A DNA stretch of 64,000 bases. Source: Octopus vulgaris. Taxonomy: Eukaryota. The translations under genes were made by a program, and so were the position numbers. How positions within the stretch are numbered: position 1 is the stretch's first letter; each line of letters opens with the position of its first letter. Below the pieces are notes generated by a model, which did not search any database, was not told where the DNA came from, and worked only from the letters and a program-made list of their open reading frames with translations. Location: NCBI GenBank assembly GCA_951406725.2, contig OX597832.1:35402001-35466000 (forward strand), given 5' to 3'. Shown here piece by piece: positions 1 to 12,794 of this stretch.

Positions 1-373
1 ATACTAGGGTCATAATTATGGGTGGACACTAAAAAGGGAACGGTCTTGTTATCCAGCTCTGTTTACGAGTGACCCCTCAGTTTATGGCGACACACGTGTA
101 TTTGTTTACATTTGAAGATCGAGACCGTAGGAAGTTGTTGTTGACAAACTACGGCAGAAATTGTATTCAACTCAATAGACGTCATTGATTGGTTGAAATT
201 GCCGAAATGCTAGAAATTAAACAAGAAATATCTTACAAACTACACAATTTTCTCAAGAAAGCCAAGAGAAAAAGATGTTTTATGTAACACATTCTACCAG
301 TATACGAAGTTTAAAAGTGTTTAGTTACAAAGAAATTATTTTAAAAATTTGCCGGTCAAAGTGAGAAGATCCC
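1..373. mobile_element. Partial MITE / non-autonomous DNA transposon, left part outside the window
   Basis: Non-coding; ends in GCCGGTCAAAGTGAGAAGATCCC, resembling a terminal sequence recalled from octopus repeats; partner end not visible. Confidence 0.3.
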
Positions 374-456
374 GCAGGTGTTATTCAAATCATTTATACT
401 TCCAACAGAACTTATTTATATTATATTGTATTATATTATATTATATTATATTATAT

Positions 457-504
<48 letters not shown>

Positions 505-510
<6 letters not shown>

Positions 511-891
511 AGTAAGGTTGTGTGCTGTCTGTCTCCTACGATTTAGATTCCTAACTACTCCCACATTTTGCGGTGCAGTTTAACCAAAACCGGGTATCTT
601 ATAGTCGTGATTCATATCGAGCCCTTCTGTGTATTAGCGCGCGTCTACGATGAGTCTACGATTAAAAAAAATTTACCATCAATTTTTTCCATTTTTAATG
701 CATTTTTGGCATATATAAGGGAAGTAACTCTCTGAAAATTTATTATTAAATCTCAGAACGTAAAAAGCTACAGTAACCCTCCCCCCTTTGTGATTAGCCA
801 TATTGAGATGGCTATTATACCTTACATCTCTAAAAATGCTTATATAGTTATTTCCCTTACAAACCCGAGCAACGCCGGGCGATACTGCTAG
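505..891 (+). mobile_element. Non-autonomous Helitron
   Basis: 3' hairpin CCCGAGC-AAC-GCCGGG (864-879), then CTAG (888-891) followed by T; TCTGTCT-like stretch near the 5' end; lies within (TA)n. Confidence 0.7.
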
Positions 892-2358
892 TATATATAT
901 ATATATACATATATATATCATCATCATCATCATCATCATCATCATCGTTGATGATGATGATGATGATATATATATATATATATATATATATGCGTACGTG
1001 TATTGGGGGCTGTATGCAGACACACACATACATTAAATCTATTATGAGACAACCATCCAGCTTATAGGAGTGGTTAAGTACCAGAATAAAAACAATTACG
1101 GAATTTTCTTCCGTCCCTAAAATTTTTCTCACTAGTGTTGATGAAATACAAGACATATTTAGGAATAAATTCGGCATGTCAAAACATTAGACTAGCTGCA
1201 GTAAACTTGGGAAAACATTAAAAGATTCGCGAGTAAATTAAATATTTGAAAGCTACAAGCAAACCAACAGGAGTTGCTAGAATTAACAGTCAAAACATTG
1301 CTTAAAACAGACATTTATTAGCTAAAATTAAAGAACGAAAGTTTGCAATACACTCTAGGGTTTTATAAAATAAATGATCTTCTTCATATTTCCTTCTCCA
1401 CATAAATTCGCAAAGATAAGAGTCAATCATAGAGCAGTGTGTCCACACCGACGTTTGTTTCCGAGCTTTAAAGATGTCCAAGTTCTCTCAATTTGTTGAT
1501 TACACTCTATTCGCTACACTCCTTGTGCGCGTGCGCAGCATCTTTGGTTACTATGGAAACGGAGTTCTTTGCAATCAGCTATGGAACAAGTGGTGCTTCT
1601 TTGTTTACTATGCTAACAGAACTTTATGGTGCTGGGTAAACTACTTGCTTCTGATTGGCTAAAATACCCAAATTTTGTAAATTTTAAAGGCTAATAACTT
1701 TCAAATTATGAATTTATAGGGAAAATGAATTTCATTTTCATAATTAGTTTACAAAACTTAAATCCTTATACCAAATTTGAAAACAACTGGAACAAAACTG
1801 TAGACATTGATCATAGCCACAAAGATCATATTTTGTACAGACAGATTTCGAGCTTTGTTCCAAAAATGAAAGAAAATAAATATCTCGGATTTATTATTTT
1901 TCTGACCAGTGTTGGATTTTGTGACGGAAAATAAATTTCTCAATTATAAAAATACTAGTGAAGACAGGCTTCTGGTAACTCTTGCTTTAACAGGCAATAG
2001 TTAAGGGTTATCAAACAACTTTAAATTTAATTTAAAGGGTTTGATACCCAATGTCGCTTTTTCTTTGGCTCAATATCTAAAGCTAAATCGCCTAAATTAA
2101 CTAACAGAAATTAACTGAATCGATGAAGTGTATTTATATTTGCATCGAAGACAACTGCGCTGTTAACTGAAAACGAAGAGAATATTTCAGGAAACCAGAC
2201 CGTGACATGCTTTTGCTAATATCATCCACCTCGGTAAAAACATGAATCTTTCCGTAATTACAATTCTCCTGGCCTCACTTTTTAGTCAACTTCAAAGAAC
2301 AATTGCGGGATGAAACACGTAATAAATACATTAATAACGACACTAAAAAAATGTCTGT

Positions 2359-2430
2359 TCCTCGGTAGTATAGTGGTAAGTATCCCCGCCTGTCACGCGG
2401 GAGACCGGGGTTCGATTCCCCGCCGGGGAG
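2359..2430 (+). tRNA. tRNA-Asp (GTC)
   Basis: 72-nt cloverleaf TCCTCGG...CCGGGGAG; anticodon arm CCCGC-CTGTCAC-GCGGG; intact A box and B box (GGTTCGATTCC); T-run downstream. Confidence 0.97.
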
Positions 2431-2439
2431 GCTGACATA

Positions 2440-2450
2440 TTTTTGTTTTT
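2440..2450 (+). terminator. Pol III oligo-T terminator of tRNA-Asp
   Basis: TTTTTGTTTTT about 10 nt after the tRNA 3' end. Confidence 0.7.
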
Positions 2451-2778
2451 ATTTGAATTTATTTGTATGATTTTGAATATTTCAGTACCAAGTCACAAAT
2501 TTACGAAATGCAAGTTGCTAATGTGGTGTTCATTTCTTTTGCTAGTGTTATAGACCGTAAAATAAAAATAAATTATATTTGGAATACAATTTTGAGGAAT
2601 CACACCCTGCTCTGTAGCCAGAACAGATATCGATAATTACATGACTAATACAGTAATTAATACCAATATCACGTAATCTAACAAAGATTTATAATTATTA
2701 ATCAGAGAAGAAAGTACATTGAATAATAATTTACTCGAAAAATCGTCTTTTGTTCGGAGCAAAAAGAAAAAAAATTTA

Positions 2779-2850
2779 AGGTCTCACCGAGATATGAACT
2801 CGGATTGCTGGATTCAAAGTCCAGAGTGCTAACCATTACACCATGAGACC
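2779..2850 (-). tRNA. tRNA-Gln (TTG) with non-canonical T-loop
   Basis: Reverse complement GGTCTCATGGTGTAATGGTTAGCACTCTGGACTTTGAATCCAGCAATCCGAGTTCATATCTCGGTGAGACCT; stems pair; minus-strand T-run at 2760-2774. Confidence 0.9.
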
Positions 2851-3606
2851 TGCTTAGCGGACGCTGCTTATAATATCTATATATTTCTTTAGCAGTTGGC
2901 CTTTTTCAAATTCAAAATAAATTAGGTGCAATTTGTTTTATAATATTTTCATAACGTCTCGAAAATTTATAAACAATAAATTCATTTAAATGATGAAGTT
3001 TACACTAAGTTTTTTTATTTAATCAGCATATTTTATATTTTCGTACGATCTCGTTTTTGTGACGGAAGTAGAGAAAATACACACACACACACACACATAC
3101 ACATATACATATATATATACATATATATATACATATGTATGTATATATATTTATATCGGACCGAAACTATGCCTTTATATCTATCCTCTCTTTGTTTTCG
3201 TTGCGTAATGTTATATAATTGCAGATTAAGAAGTACTCGAACTATATCATGTATTTCATTATAATTGAAATGTAATCTAATTTAAAGTGTAAATTATTGT
3301 GTGTGGAGACTTTATGGCTTCGAAGATCCGAAATATTTTCAAAATAGCTTTGTTTAGAAGTAATTTCCCAGTCTCTGCAACGGAGTCGATTTGCTGTGTG
3401 CGGTGTCACTGGAAAATAGTTGACCTATTAAAAGTAGAACTTTACTACATACTTTTTAACTTCCTTTATGATTCCATCTTTATATCGTTAATTATGATTC
3501 TACTTCCTTCTGTATAATTATCAGAAATATATTCAAGAGTCGAAATACACTGATATTGATTTATTTTTTTATCTAACCTGTGTCAATGTAACCAGCTTCT
3601 ATACAT

Positions 3607-3777
3607 ACCAATCAACTTTACATCGACCCCAGTACTTGACTGACATTCTTTTTGTCAACTCCTGAAAAGATGAAACACAAAGTCGAACCAGGCAGAATTT
3701 GAACTCAGAATTTAAAGGCAGATGGAATACTGATGAGCATTTTGCCCAGCATGCTAACACTTCGGCCAGCTTGCTAT

Positions 3778-3779
<2 letters not shown>
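3607..3779 (-). mobile_element. tRNA-derived SINE, Meta-domain-like family, degenerate
   Basis: Minus strand has GAGTTCAAATTCTGCC...CGACTTTG...TTTCATC...GGGGTCGAT, shared with copies at 4373, 5355, 26205 and 29885. Confidence 0.7.
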
Positions 3780-3912
<133 letters not shown>

Positions 3913-3916
3913 GTAG

Positions 3917-4352
3917 TATAAATGCCCTGATGCAGTACCAGGCAGTAATATTCTGCTCAATACCACAGATTTGCTTGTCAGTTGTTTGACCTTAACCAGT
4001 TGAGCACATCCCTTAGTGGCTGACGATATGTGTATCTGGAGCATCATAGCCATGTGCTGAAAGGAATTCTTTGGGGTTTGAATAATTCACCTATGGAAAC
4101 ATGGGTGGTTCTTTCAACATCCTTAAACAACCCTTATTCAGGGACCCTTTGAGCGGGATGGGCTACTCAACCTGAAGAAAATTCTAACTGGGCCCCACCT
4201 GCAAGGTCATGTGTTGTTTATCTTGATATGAGGTCACCATGTGATGCATGTGCCTGGTGTACCCTTATCAGACGGGTAGTCCTGATGGGTATATTGGGCT
4301 TCGTATATTTTACCCCAATGTCACTTTGATGGCATGAATTGCTCTCTCACTC
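3917..4352 (+). mobile_element. Non-coding interspersed repeat bracketed by (AAT)n; probable 3'-UTR or non-autonomous retroposon
   Basis: Ends ...CTCTCTCACTC+(AAT)n and is preceded by (AAT)n; no ORF. Confidence 0.4.
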
Positions 4353-4372
4353 AATAATAATAATATTAATGC

Positions 4373-4520
4373 TTTCAAATTTTGGCACAAGACCAGCAAT
4401 TTTGGGGTAGGGGTAAGTTGATTACAGCAACCCTACTGCTCCACTGATACTTATTTTCTTGACCCCAAAAGATTGAAAGGCAAAGTCGACCTTGGTAGAA
4501 TTTGAACTCAGAACGTAAAA
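4373..4520 (-). mobile_element. Meta-domain-like SINE, 5' truncated
   Basis: Reverse complement TTCTGAGTTCAAATTCTACCAAGGTCGACTTTGCCTTTC...CTTGTGCCAAAATTTGAAA. Confidence 0.75.
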
Positions 4521-4739
4521 TTCCACTAATAATAATAATAATAATAATGAAATTATTGTATACAGTGCTCAGGTGCACCACAACTTGTCAAAAGTGCGTA
4601 TAAAGCATGTGCAGTAATGTACAAATGTAAACAATGGAGGCACAACAGATGCAGTAGAAACACAGACAGGTTTTTAAAAAAAAGTGACTTTTGTATGTGA
4701 TAGGTTATAGGGCTTACAAACACTAAGAGCATTTAGGGA

Positions 4740-4950
4740 AATAAATTCCCTTAGATTTGACAACCTCTAGGAAATAGTCGACAGTTTCTGTTATCTTAAT
4801 GGAGATGGCTGCTTAGAAAGCTTAATAACTAGTATAAGGATGGATTGGAATAAGCTCAAGGAGCTATTACTTTTGCTAGTAAAAAAAGGGCTCCTCTTTC
4901 AGAATGCTGATTGCATGATTCTTGCATGCGAAAAGAGATACGAAAAGGGT
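4740..4950 (+). mobile_element. Degenerate RTE-clade LINE fragment
   Basis: Translates to VDSFCYL...GDGCLESLITSIRMDWNKLKELLLLL, like the RTE post-RT region. Confidence 0.5.
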
Positions 4951-5354
4951 CAACAAAACATGAGCCTTGAATAGGAAGAGTTTTTGAGAAAACTAGGAAG
5001 AAATGAAACAAGTATACTTTGCTAGGATGTGTAATGTTGGTGTGCATAGAGAAAGAAGTAGAATGATGATAACTTTTTCCTTTACTCAAATAACAGTTCT
5101 TCCAGAATTCTCTTACAGAGTTGCTAATTCTGGGCAAATTTTTTCCAGTGACTTTCTAGTTGGAGGTGCCATAAATGTCTTCTATATATTGTTGATATCC
5201 CCCCACCATGCATCAGCTTTGTCGATTTTCCAGTTGTACCTGTATTTCTTTTTGACCAGTAGTCCTCTGCAGTCCCTTCATCACTTCCATTCTAATATTC
5301 CCTTGTTCCATCTTCTCTGACCACACTTTGCTCTTAATTTGTGCTTTTATGATT

Positions 5355-5548
5355 AAGGTTGTCAAGATGGCAGAAGCGTCAGCACACTGAGTGGTCTTTC
5401 GTCTGGCTTCACATTCTGAGTTCAAATTCTGCCGAGATTGACTTTGCTTTTCATCTTAAGTCAATAAAGTAAGTACCAGTTGAGTATTGGGGTCGATAGA
5501 GTCGACTTTACCCCTCCCCTAAAATTGGCTTTGTGCCAAAATTTGAAA
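5355..5548 (+). mobile_element. Meta-domain-like SINE
   Basis: TGGCAGAA head, GAGTTCAAATTCTGCCGAG B box, AAGTACCAGTTGAG...GGGGTCGAT, tail TTGTGCCAAAATTTGAAA. Confidence 0.75.
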
Positions 5549-6508
5549 TTTGTCTATTCTGATCGGCTAATCTTTGTTCACCCACATCCTTCAGCTCTTC
5601 ATATTGGTCATATTTTTCCAGAGCTGTAATAACCTTTTCAGCCTCTTTTCTTCGAGTTACTTCTATTGTAACATTCAAACCACAATTTGTTGTTCGTCCT
5701 CCATTTTAATCTCATTCGCTGTCGATTACAAGGCCTGGGATGCAAAATCTTTGCTAAAAGCTCCAGCCTCATTGACACCATTAGGATTACTTCACATTAT
5801 TAACATTTCTCTCTTAACTGATGTGTTTAAGGTTACCACCAGCCAGTAATTATATCGTGTTACCATCACTAGACAGGTTGTCAGCAAAGATTTTTGAGAG
5901 GCCTCTCTGTCCTCATTTAAGCTGGTTATCATGCACTGATCGCTACCTCCACTATCTACCACTCATATAGTTGGATGGCCATTGAATCTATTGATATCAT
6001 CCACACTTTTACAGGTTATGTTTTTCATCCAACAAAATCCACCCTCCTTACCAGGCAAGTGCTTGGTAGGGCTGCCAATTTAATTGCTGCTAGCCTGACG
6101 ATAAAATAGGTTGTATTGAATTGCATTTTGCCAATAGCCCAATGAGTGACCTGACATATAGTTGGATGGCTGTTGACACTGAGTTCATCTGCCCTTTGTT
6201 GTTGTTGTTGTTGTCAATGATGTGAGATGGGATTAAAGATTTCTTTTGAGAATCAAAAACTGGTTCAATTCCTAAGAAACAGGATCATAACATCAACAAT
6301 ATTTACCCTTATTAGAATGGAATATATTACCATTACATATATAACCATCATATACAGATTACTGTTCCTCAGCAACATCTTTCTCTACAGCTATAATCAT
6401 TGTATACATAAATATTGTTACTGCGTACAGACATTATGACTATACAGATTTTATCGTTGCCTACCTTGTATTCTATTCAGATACCTCTCTATACAAGTAT
6501 TATCATTA

Positions 6509-6697
6509 TATGTATGTATGTATGTATGTATGCATGTGTGCATGTATGTATGTATGTATGCATGTATGCATGTATGTATGTATGTATGTATGTATGCATG
6601 CATGCATGCATGCATGTATGTATGTATGTATGTATGTATGTATGTATGTATGTATGTATGTATGTATGTATGTATCATCATCATCATCATCATCATT
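6509..6697. repeat. (TATG)n followed by (CAT)n
   Basis: Read directly; (CAT)n is the tail of the adjacent retroposon. Confidence 0.95.
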
Positions 6698-7012
6698 TAG
6701 CATCTGTTTTCCATGCTAGCATGGGTTGGACGGTTTAACTGGGGTCTGTGAAGCCGGAAGGCTTCATCAGGCCCAGTCAGATTTGGCAGTGTTTCTACGG
6801 CTGGATGCCCTTCCTAACGCCAACCACTCCGCGAGTGTAGTGGGTGTATTTTACGTGCCACCTGCACAGGTGCCAGACAGAGCTGGCAAACGGCCACGAA
6901 CGGACGGTGCTTTTACGTGTCACCGGCACGGGGGCCAGCTGAGGCTGGCAACGAACACGAACGGATGGTGCTTTTACGTGCCACCGACACGGGGGCCAGC
7001 CGAGGCTGGCGT
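6695..7012 (-). mobile_element. RTE-related 3'-UTR retroposon with (GAT)n tail
   Basis: Reverse complement shares GGAGTGGTTGGC.TTAGGAAGGGCATCCAGC...CAACCCATGCTAGCATGGAAA with 12130-12230. Confidence 0.75.
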
Positions 7013-8429
7013 ATGTGGGTGGGTTTTAGGTAGGTAGGTGGGTAATTAATTGACTGTTATTAATTTGACACTAATGCAATGTAATTGACTTGTCTGCTCC
7101 CCAGAAAATAATAGCCTAGTGCCAAAATTTGAAACCAATATCAATATTTTAAAACCATCTTTTACCTTACAAATTAATAAATTATAAAAATTCTTAACAA
7201 CTAACTTATCATATATACTGTACATTTTTTCATACTTTTATAACATAAAACCTTTAAATTTTTAATCGCATTGGTAACATATATCTACTTATGGTTCCTA
7301 TTTAGAGCCAAATGGACTAAGCTTAGGAATCTTATACAGTAGAGTATAATAGTGTATAGTAGTGTGCATAATATAATGAATAGCACTGTATAATACAGTG
7401 TGTAGTATACAGCGTTGGATGTATTGTCCCGTGTATAATACAATGTGTAACATAAAAATCAGCTACTATAGACTTAGACTGACAAACACCCTCTGAGAGG
7501 ATCTGGTGGGTGGATATTGAATGGAAGCCCATCATATATCATCATCATCATCATCATCATTCTAACATTCATTTTTCCATTAAAATGATGATGATATATG
7601 CGTATGTATGTATTTGTAAACATCTTTGTGTTTATTTCCTACAAATGCTTGACAAGAGGTACTGGTTTATTTATGTCCACATAACTTAGCAGTTTGGTGA
7701 AAAATGCAATGGAATAAGTGCCAGACTGGGTTGTTTTTTTTGCATGGGTTGGACAGTTTGACAGATTCTGGTGAGTCAAAGTACTGAGTCAGCAATGGTT
7801 CTGTGGGTTGATGCCCTTCCTAGCACCAATCACTTTACAGAGTGTGCTGGGTGCTTTTTTATTAGCACTAGTGATGACAGCCTTGTATCTTGCAAGATGT
7901 AAGGGCCTAAAGTAACCCCTATAACCGAAGAATGTGGGATGGTAAGAAAGAGGAGAGGATGGGGAAGTGTGGCAGGGAAAACGAGCGAAGGAAGGAATTA
8001 GTAACAGCTTTTATTGAGAAGGGACGGAGTTAAAATGTGACAGAGTGGGTTTTGTAAGGGGACGGTTTTAGGGTTATCCAATACCATAAGTGTCGAGTAT
8101 GGACAGGAAATGTGAGTGAAAGGGGAAGGAGGGGAGTAACGGACTAGGGTGATGAGGAATCTGAAGTCAATCATTGATGGAAAGAGAGATATGGGAGTTC
8201 ATTGGAGTACATCAGGGATGGAAAATGAGAAGGGAGTTGAGGAGGCAGAGAAGCCACGAAGGAGATAGGAGTAAGAGAAAAAAAGGAGACACTGGAGAGT
8301 GTGATGGGGGTAGAAGGAAGAAGAGAAGAGTGTGAATGCACCCTATATGGGTAGTAGTGAGGAGGGAGAGAGGAATTGGAGGAAGAGTGGGTGAGTGCCG
8401 CAGGGGCATGAAAGGCTTAGAGGCATAAT

Positions 8430-9464
8430 GGCAGGTATCACCTTGTCAATGTCCTCAAATCATTGTCCTTGAAGACTGTCCTCCATTGAACCAAAGGGGT
8501 AAAAATTAGAGGGCACCAGATCCAAGCTGTCGAGTGGAGGGGGAAACACTGACCAGCCCAATTTGCCAATTGCCTGATTTGTTGTCAAAGATGTGTTGTC
8601 ATGGTGAATGTGAATTGTTTCTTGGTTCTTGTTTGGTCTCTTCCGAAATATTTTAATGTCTCTGTTTTTTATGTACCACTCACTGTTAAAGATACAAACA
8701 CCTTCCAGAAAATCAAAGAGAAAGAAGCCCTTGTCATCCCACATAAGTCAACATGACTTTCTGAGCTGATGCCTAGCTATTGAACTTTTTAGGTCTTGAA
8801 AAAGAGGTGATTCCATTCTTTGGACAGATCCCTTCATTTCCCAATCATAAAGATCTGTCCACATTTCATTAGTTATTACCAGATCAGAAAATAATGTGTT
8901 TTTGTTGGCTTCAAATGCTTCCAGCAGATCAGAGTAGACTTCCATCTTTCAAATTGGGGGACAGCTGCTTTGTCCACACTTTCCAATACCGAAAGCCTTC
9001 TATCATTTCCTGTCATGCATTGTAACCACAGACCAGTTGTGCAACCAGCTGTGGAACAGTTGTGACTCAGCTTTCTGCACAAATCAATCTGTCCATTTGC
9101 TCGTGATTCATGTGAGTGATTGCAGTTGATGGTTCCCCACCACATGGTTTGTCTTCAGTGCTGATTTTCCTTCTTTAAACTTCATCATCGATCTTTGCAT
9201 ATTGCTATTGTCAATGGTGTCATCTCTGGAAACAACCTTTCGTGGATGTCCAACAGCATGCACCTCTCCTTTGGCAAGAACTCAATAACAGTATGTTGCT
9301 TCAGCTTGGAACCTTTTATCAGCCTGCAATGAAATAAAACAAGGAAAAGAGGTACCAAAGAAGAAGAAATGTTTTATTTGCATGTTCAGTTTTTACAGTT
9401 TATACCAGTTAATAAAAAGGATTTGCCTACTTCTGCATTACTTTCAGTGCAACTAACTCTCATA
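8430..9464 (-). mobile_element. Mariner transposase relic
   Basis: Decayed motifs LVITNEMW (IVTGDETW), IHHDN, PPLDSLDLVPSNFYPFGSM (YSPDLAPSDFHLFGPM); TIR-like ATTACTTTCAGT near 9437-9464; frameshifts. Confidence 0.8.
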
Positions 9465-10171
9465 CTCTTGAAAATTGTTTTTTGAAAAACATTGTTTCAA
9501 TGATAATTCATTATAAATATATATTGTACTAATTGTGTTGAATAATTATGTTAAATAATTAGGAATGAAGTTGGTCAGTTTGGATATTTTATATAAGTTT
9601 TATCCAACAATTTATGACTTGGAAATGGATTTGAGCAAAAATGAAAGGAAGAAGTGCTGACAACAGCTGGAAAAGTGATTGTTGGACATGTTGAAGCCTG
9701 TGTTAAGATCAGTTGTGATTGCACAACTGAGTGTGTGGTGTATGTAGTGGGGGTTGTAGGGTGGATGTAGCACTCCCTCCTTACTAGTGTTAAATTAGAA
9801 GCAGTTATATTTGTGTTTCCTTTCAAGAGAAAAATCAAATCTGGCAGCCATTGTTTGTTGGTGCACCGACATTAAACAGTTTGATATAAGCAACTAACTA
9901 ATATCATCTTTGAAAACAATCATGTTAGTTTGTTCACTGATCAATCATACAACAGGACAATTAAATGATTTATGAGTGCATGAATGGTGCTCTGCTATAC
10001 TGATTCATTCATACATGCAAAAATACACATACATATATGCATGCACATATATATGCACAGAAGCCTACATACATATAACACACACACACATATATGTGAA
10101 TATATATATATAGACACACACACACACGCATATATATATATTTATACACGTATATGTGGGTGTATATGTGC

Positions 10172-10250
<79 letters not shown>

Positions 10251-10879
10251 GAGATAGAGAGATATAGATATATATACAGATATCTATATATATATATACA
10301 CATATACATATATGTATATGGTAGGTTGGTATTATATACTTATACAGACATACACATGCATAGACAAAGAGTTAGCAATCAGGAAAATACATGTTTGATC
10401 ACGATTAACAAAAAAACTTATTTTCCTGAATAAAAAAAAAAAATATCCAGAAAACAAATAAAAAAATAATCAGATGACAAATAATCAATAAGTAATCAAG
10501 GTAATCAATGTAAAGGGCCATAAAATTGTCTCATTATATAAACTAACAGTGTTTAAATTGTGTGATAGTCTGATACTTATTCTCCCTCTCTCTCTCTCTG
10601 GCCTCCATTTAATAAAATCAACTAAATCACCATCATTTTAACATCAATACGTTGACAACTTCACCCGTTTCTTTCACTATCATTATTAGAAAATGCTGAG
10701 TAACATTTTATTGGGTGATGATGGTGACCTTACAGTAAGGAGAATAGTGACCTGGCTATGTGGAGAAGGAAACATTAATGTAGGGAGGAGTAACTAACTT
10801 TTCAAGAGTAATCCCTGTCTATACACTCTGACTTTGTTAGACCAAGGGATTAGCAATGGAAATCAATGTGCTCTTTGCT

Positions 10880-11140
10880 TCAGATGTTGGGTCTCATGGA
10901 AGCAAGTGATCGGTCAAGGCCAGTACTGGTGACATGTAAAAGGCACCCATGCCAGTGACACATAAAGGACACCCACTCTTGGAGTGGTTGGCATTAGGAA
11001 TGGCATTGAGCTGTAGAAACCAAGTGAAATCAGATTGGAGCCTGGTACTACTCTCCAGCTTACCAGTTTTCAGTCAAACCATTCAACCCATTCCAGCATG
11101 GAAAACAGATGCTAAATGATGATGATGATGATGATGATCA
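10880..11140 (+). mobile_element. RTE-related 3'-UTR retroposon with (GAT)n tail
   Basis: GGAGTGGTTGGCATTAGGAA...CAGCATGGAAAACAGATGCTAAATGATGAT. Confidence 0.7.
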
Positions 11141-11334
11141 TCATCATCATCATCATCATGAACATTTGTTTCTTCTCAGACTTTTTATACTTTTATACTT
11201 TAATTAATATATCTCCCAAACTCCACTCTACCCGAGATATTTATCACTGGATTTAAAATGGCAGCACATCATTTTCACATGGCAAGATAACAAAAATACA
11301 TATATATAAATACAAAATTGTCAATTTTATATCA

Positions 11335-11520
11335 TTTTATCTTTTTACTTTGTTCCAGTCACTGTATGGTGGCCTTACTGGAGTACCACATTGAAGGGTT
11401 TTAGTTTAACAAATCGTCCCCAGTATTTCTTTTTCTGTTAAGTTTGGCATTTATTCTATTGGTCTCTATAACTGAACTGCTAAGTTACAGGGACATAATG
11501 AAACCAAAACTCATTGTTGA
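11335..11520 (-). mobile_element. 3' part of CORE-like SINE
   Basis: Diverged match to 14217-14390. Confidence 0.6.
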
Positions 11521-12268
11521 AAAAGTGCCACACCCTAGTGGTTGAGGGAACCTGTGGAAGAGGCAGACCCAGGAAGACCTGGGATGAGGTGGTGAAGCAC
11601 GACCTTCAAACATTAGGCCTCACCGAGGCAATGACTAGTGACCGAGACCTTTGGAAATATGCAGTGCTTGAGAAGATCTGGCAAGCCAAGTGAGACTATA
11701 ACCCATGGCCTATGCCAGGGGTGTAACCAGCCGAATTATGCAAACCTTTCCTTCATTGGTCTGCTTACGAAGACCTGTTGAGGCGAGTGAAATCGAAATC
11801 AAACCAAATTCGCAAATTTGATGACTGGCATCCATGCCAGTGGAGCACTAAGAGCACCATTTGAGCGTGATCGCTGGCAGAGCGGCTGACTGGCTTCCAT
11901 GCCGGTGGAACGTAAAAAGCACCATTCAAACGTGATCATTACCAGTGTCACCTTACTGGCACTTGTGCCAGTGGCATGTAAAAAGCATTCGAGCAAGGTT
12001 GTTGCCAGTGCCGCTGGACTGGTTCCTGTGCAGGTGGCACTTAAAAAACACCACTTGAGTGTGGCTGTTGCCAGTACCACCTGACTGGCCCTTGTACTGG
12101 TGACACGTAAAAGCACCCGCTACACTCTCGGAGTGGTTGGCTTTAGGAAGGGCATCCAGCTGAAGAAACTCTTTCAGATCAGATTGGAGCCTGGTGCAGC
12201 TATCATCCAACCCATGCTAGCATGGAAAGCGGACGTTAAACGACGACGTCGATGATGATGATGATGAC
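11521..12268 (+). mobile_element. RTE-clade LINE 3' end (ORF C-terminus, 3' UTR, GAT tail)
   Basis: CHTLVVEGTCGRGRPRKTWDEVVKHDLQTLGLTEAMTSDRDLWK...*; UTR with internal GCCAGT repeats; (GAC/GAT)n tail. Confidence 0.85.
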
Positions 12269-12384
12269 AAGATACCCCACCAGTAACTTGGTCAACGATG
12301 GCCACCAGTTATAATATCTTGAGAACCTGTTCTCTGAGTATCAAGACCAGGATCTGTATATTGAACTGCTATTTCTACCCTGTG

Positions 12385-12794
12385 TTAATGAATGCAAGTG
12401 AAGTATGGTCTATATAAAATCAGAAATGAAAAGGTACTTCGAGAGCTGTGAAATGTGGTTCTTAAGGAGAATATTAAGGATAGCATGGACAAAGTATCTC
12501 GTGAGTAATGATGACCCAGGCTGCTTCGTGAGATATTGGTCAAACAACAGATTTTTGGGTCCTGTGATGAGGAAAGAAGGCCTGGAGAATTTAGGAATGG
12601 CCGGGACCAGAAAGATAGAAGGGATAAGGTGCAGGAGAAGGAGAAGAATAATATGGATGTCAAGGTTGATGAACTGGTTGGAAGAAAGAGGCATCAAACA
12701 CAAGAAAGTGGAACTGTTACAGAAAAGAAAGAAGAGAGAGAACTGTGGCAGGATAGGGATCGCCTATGTCCTGCATTCTGGACATGGCACCTAA
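12385..12794 (+). mobile_element. RTE-clade LINE C-terminal fragment of a second family
   Basis: ESCEMWFLRRILRIAW and FLGPVMRKEGLENL...KIEG motifs. Confidence 0.75.

Noticed and set aside
1465-1930. X-box GTTACTATGGAAAC and CCAAT motif upstream of the tRNAs
   Set aside because: Appears to lie in a MITE-like repeat whose ends could not be defined; tRNA promoters are internal
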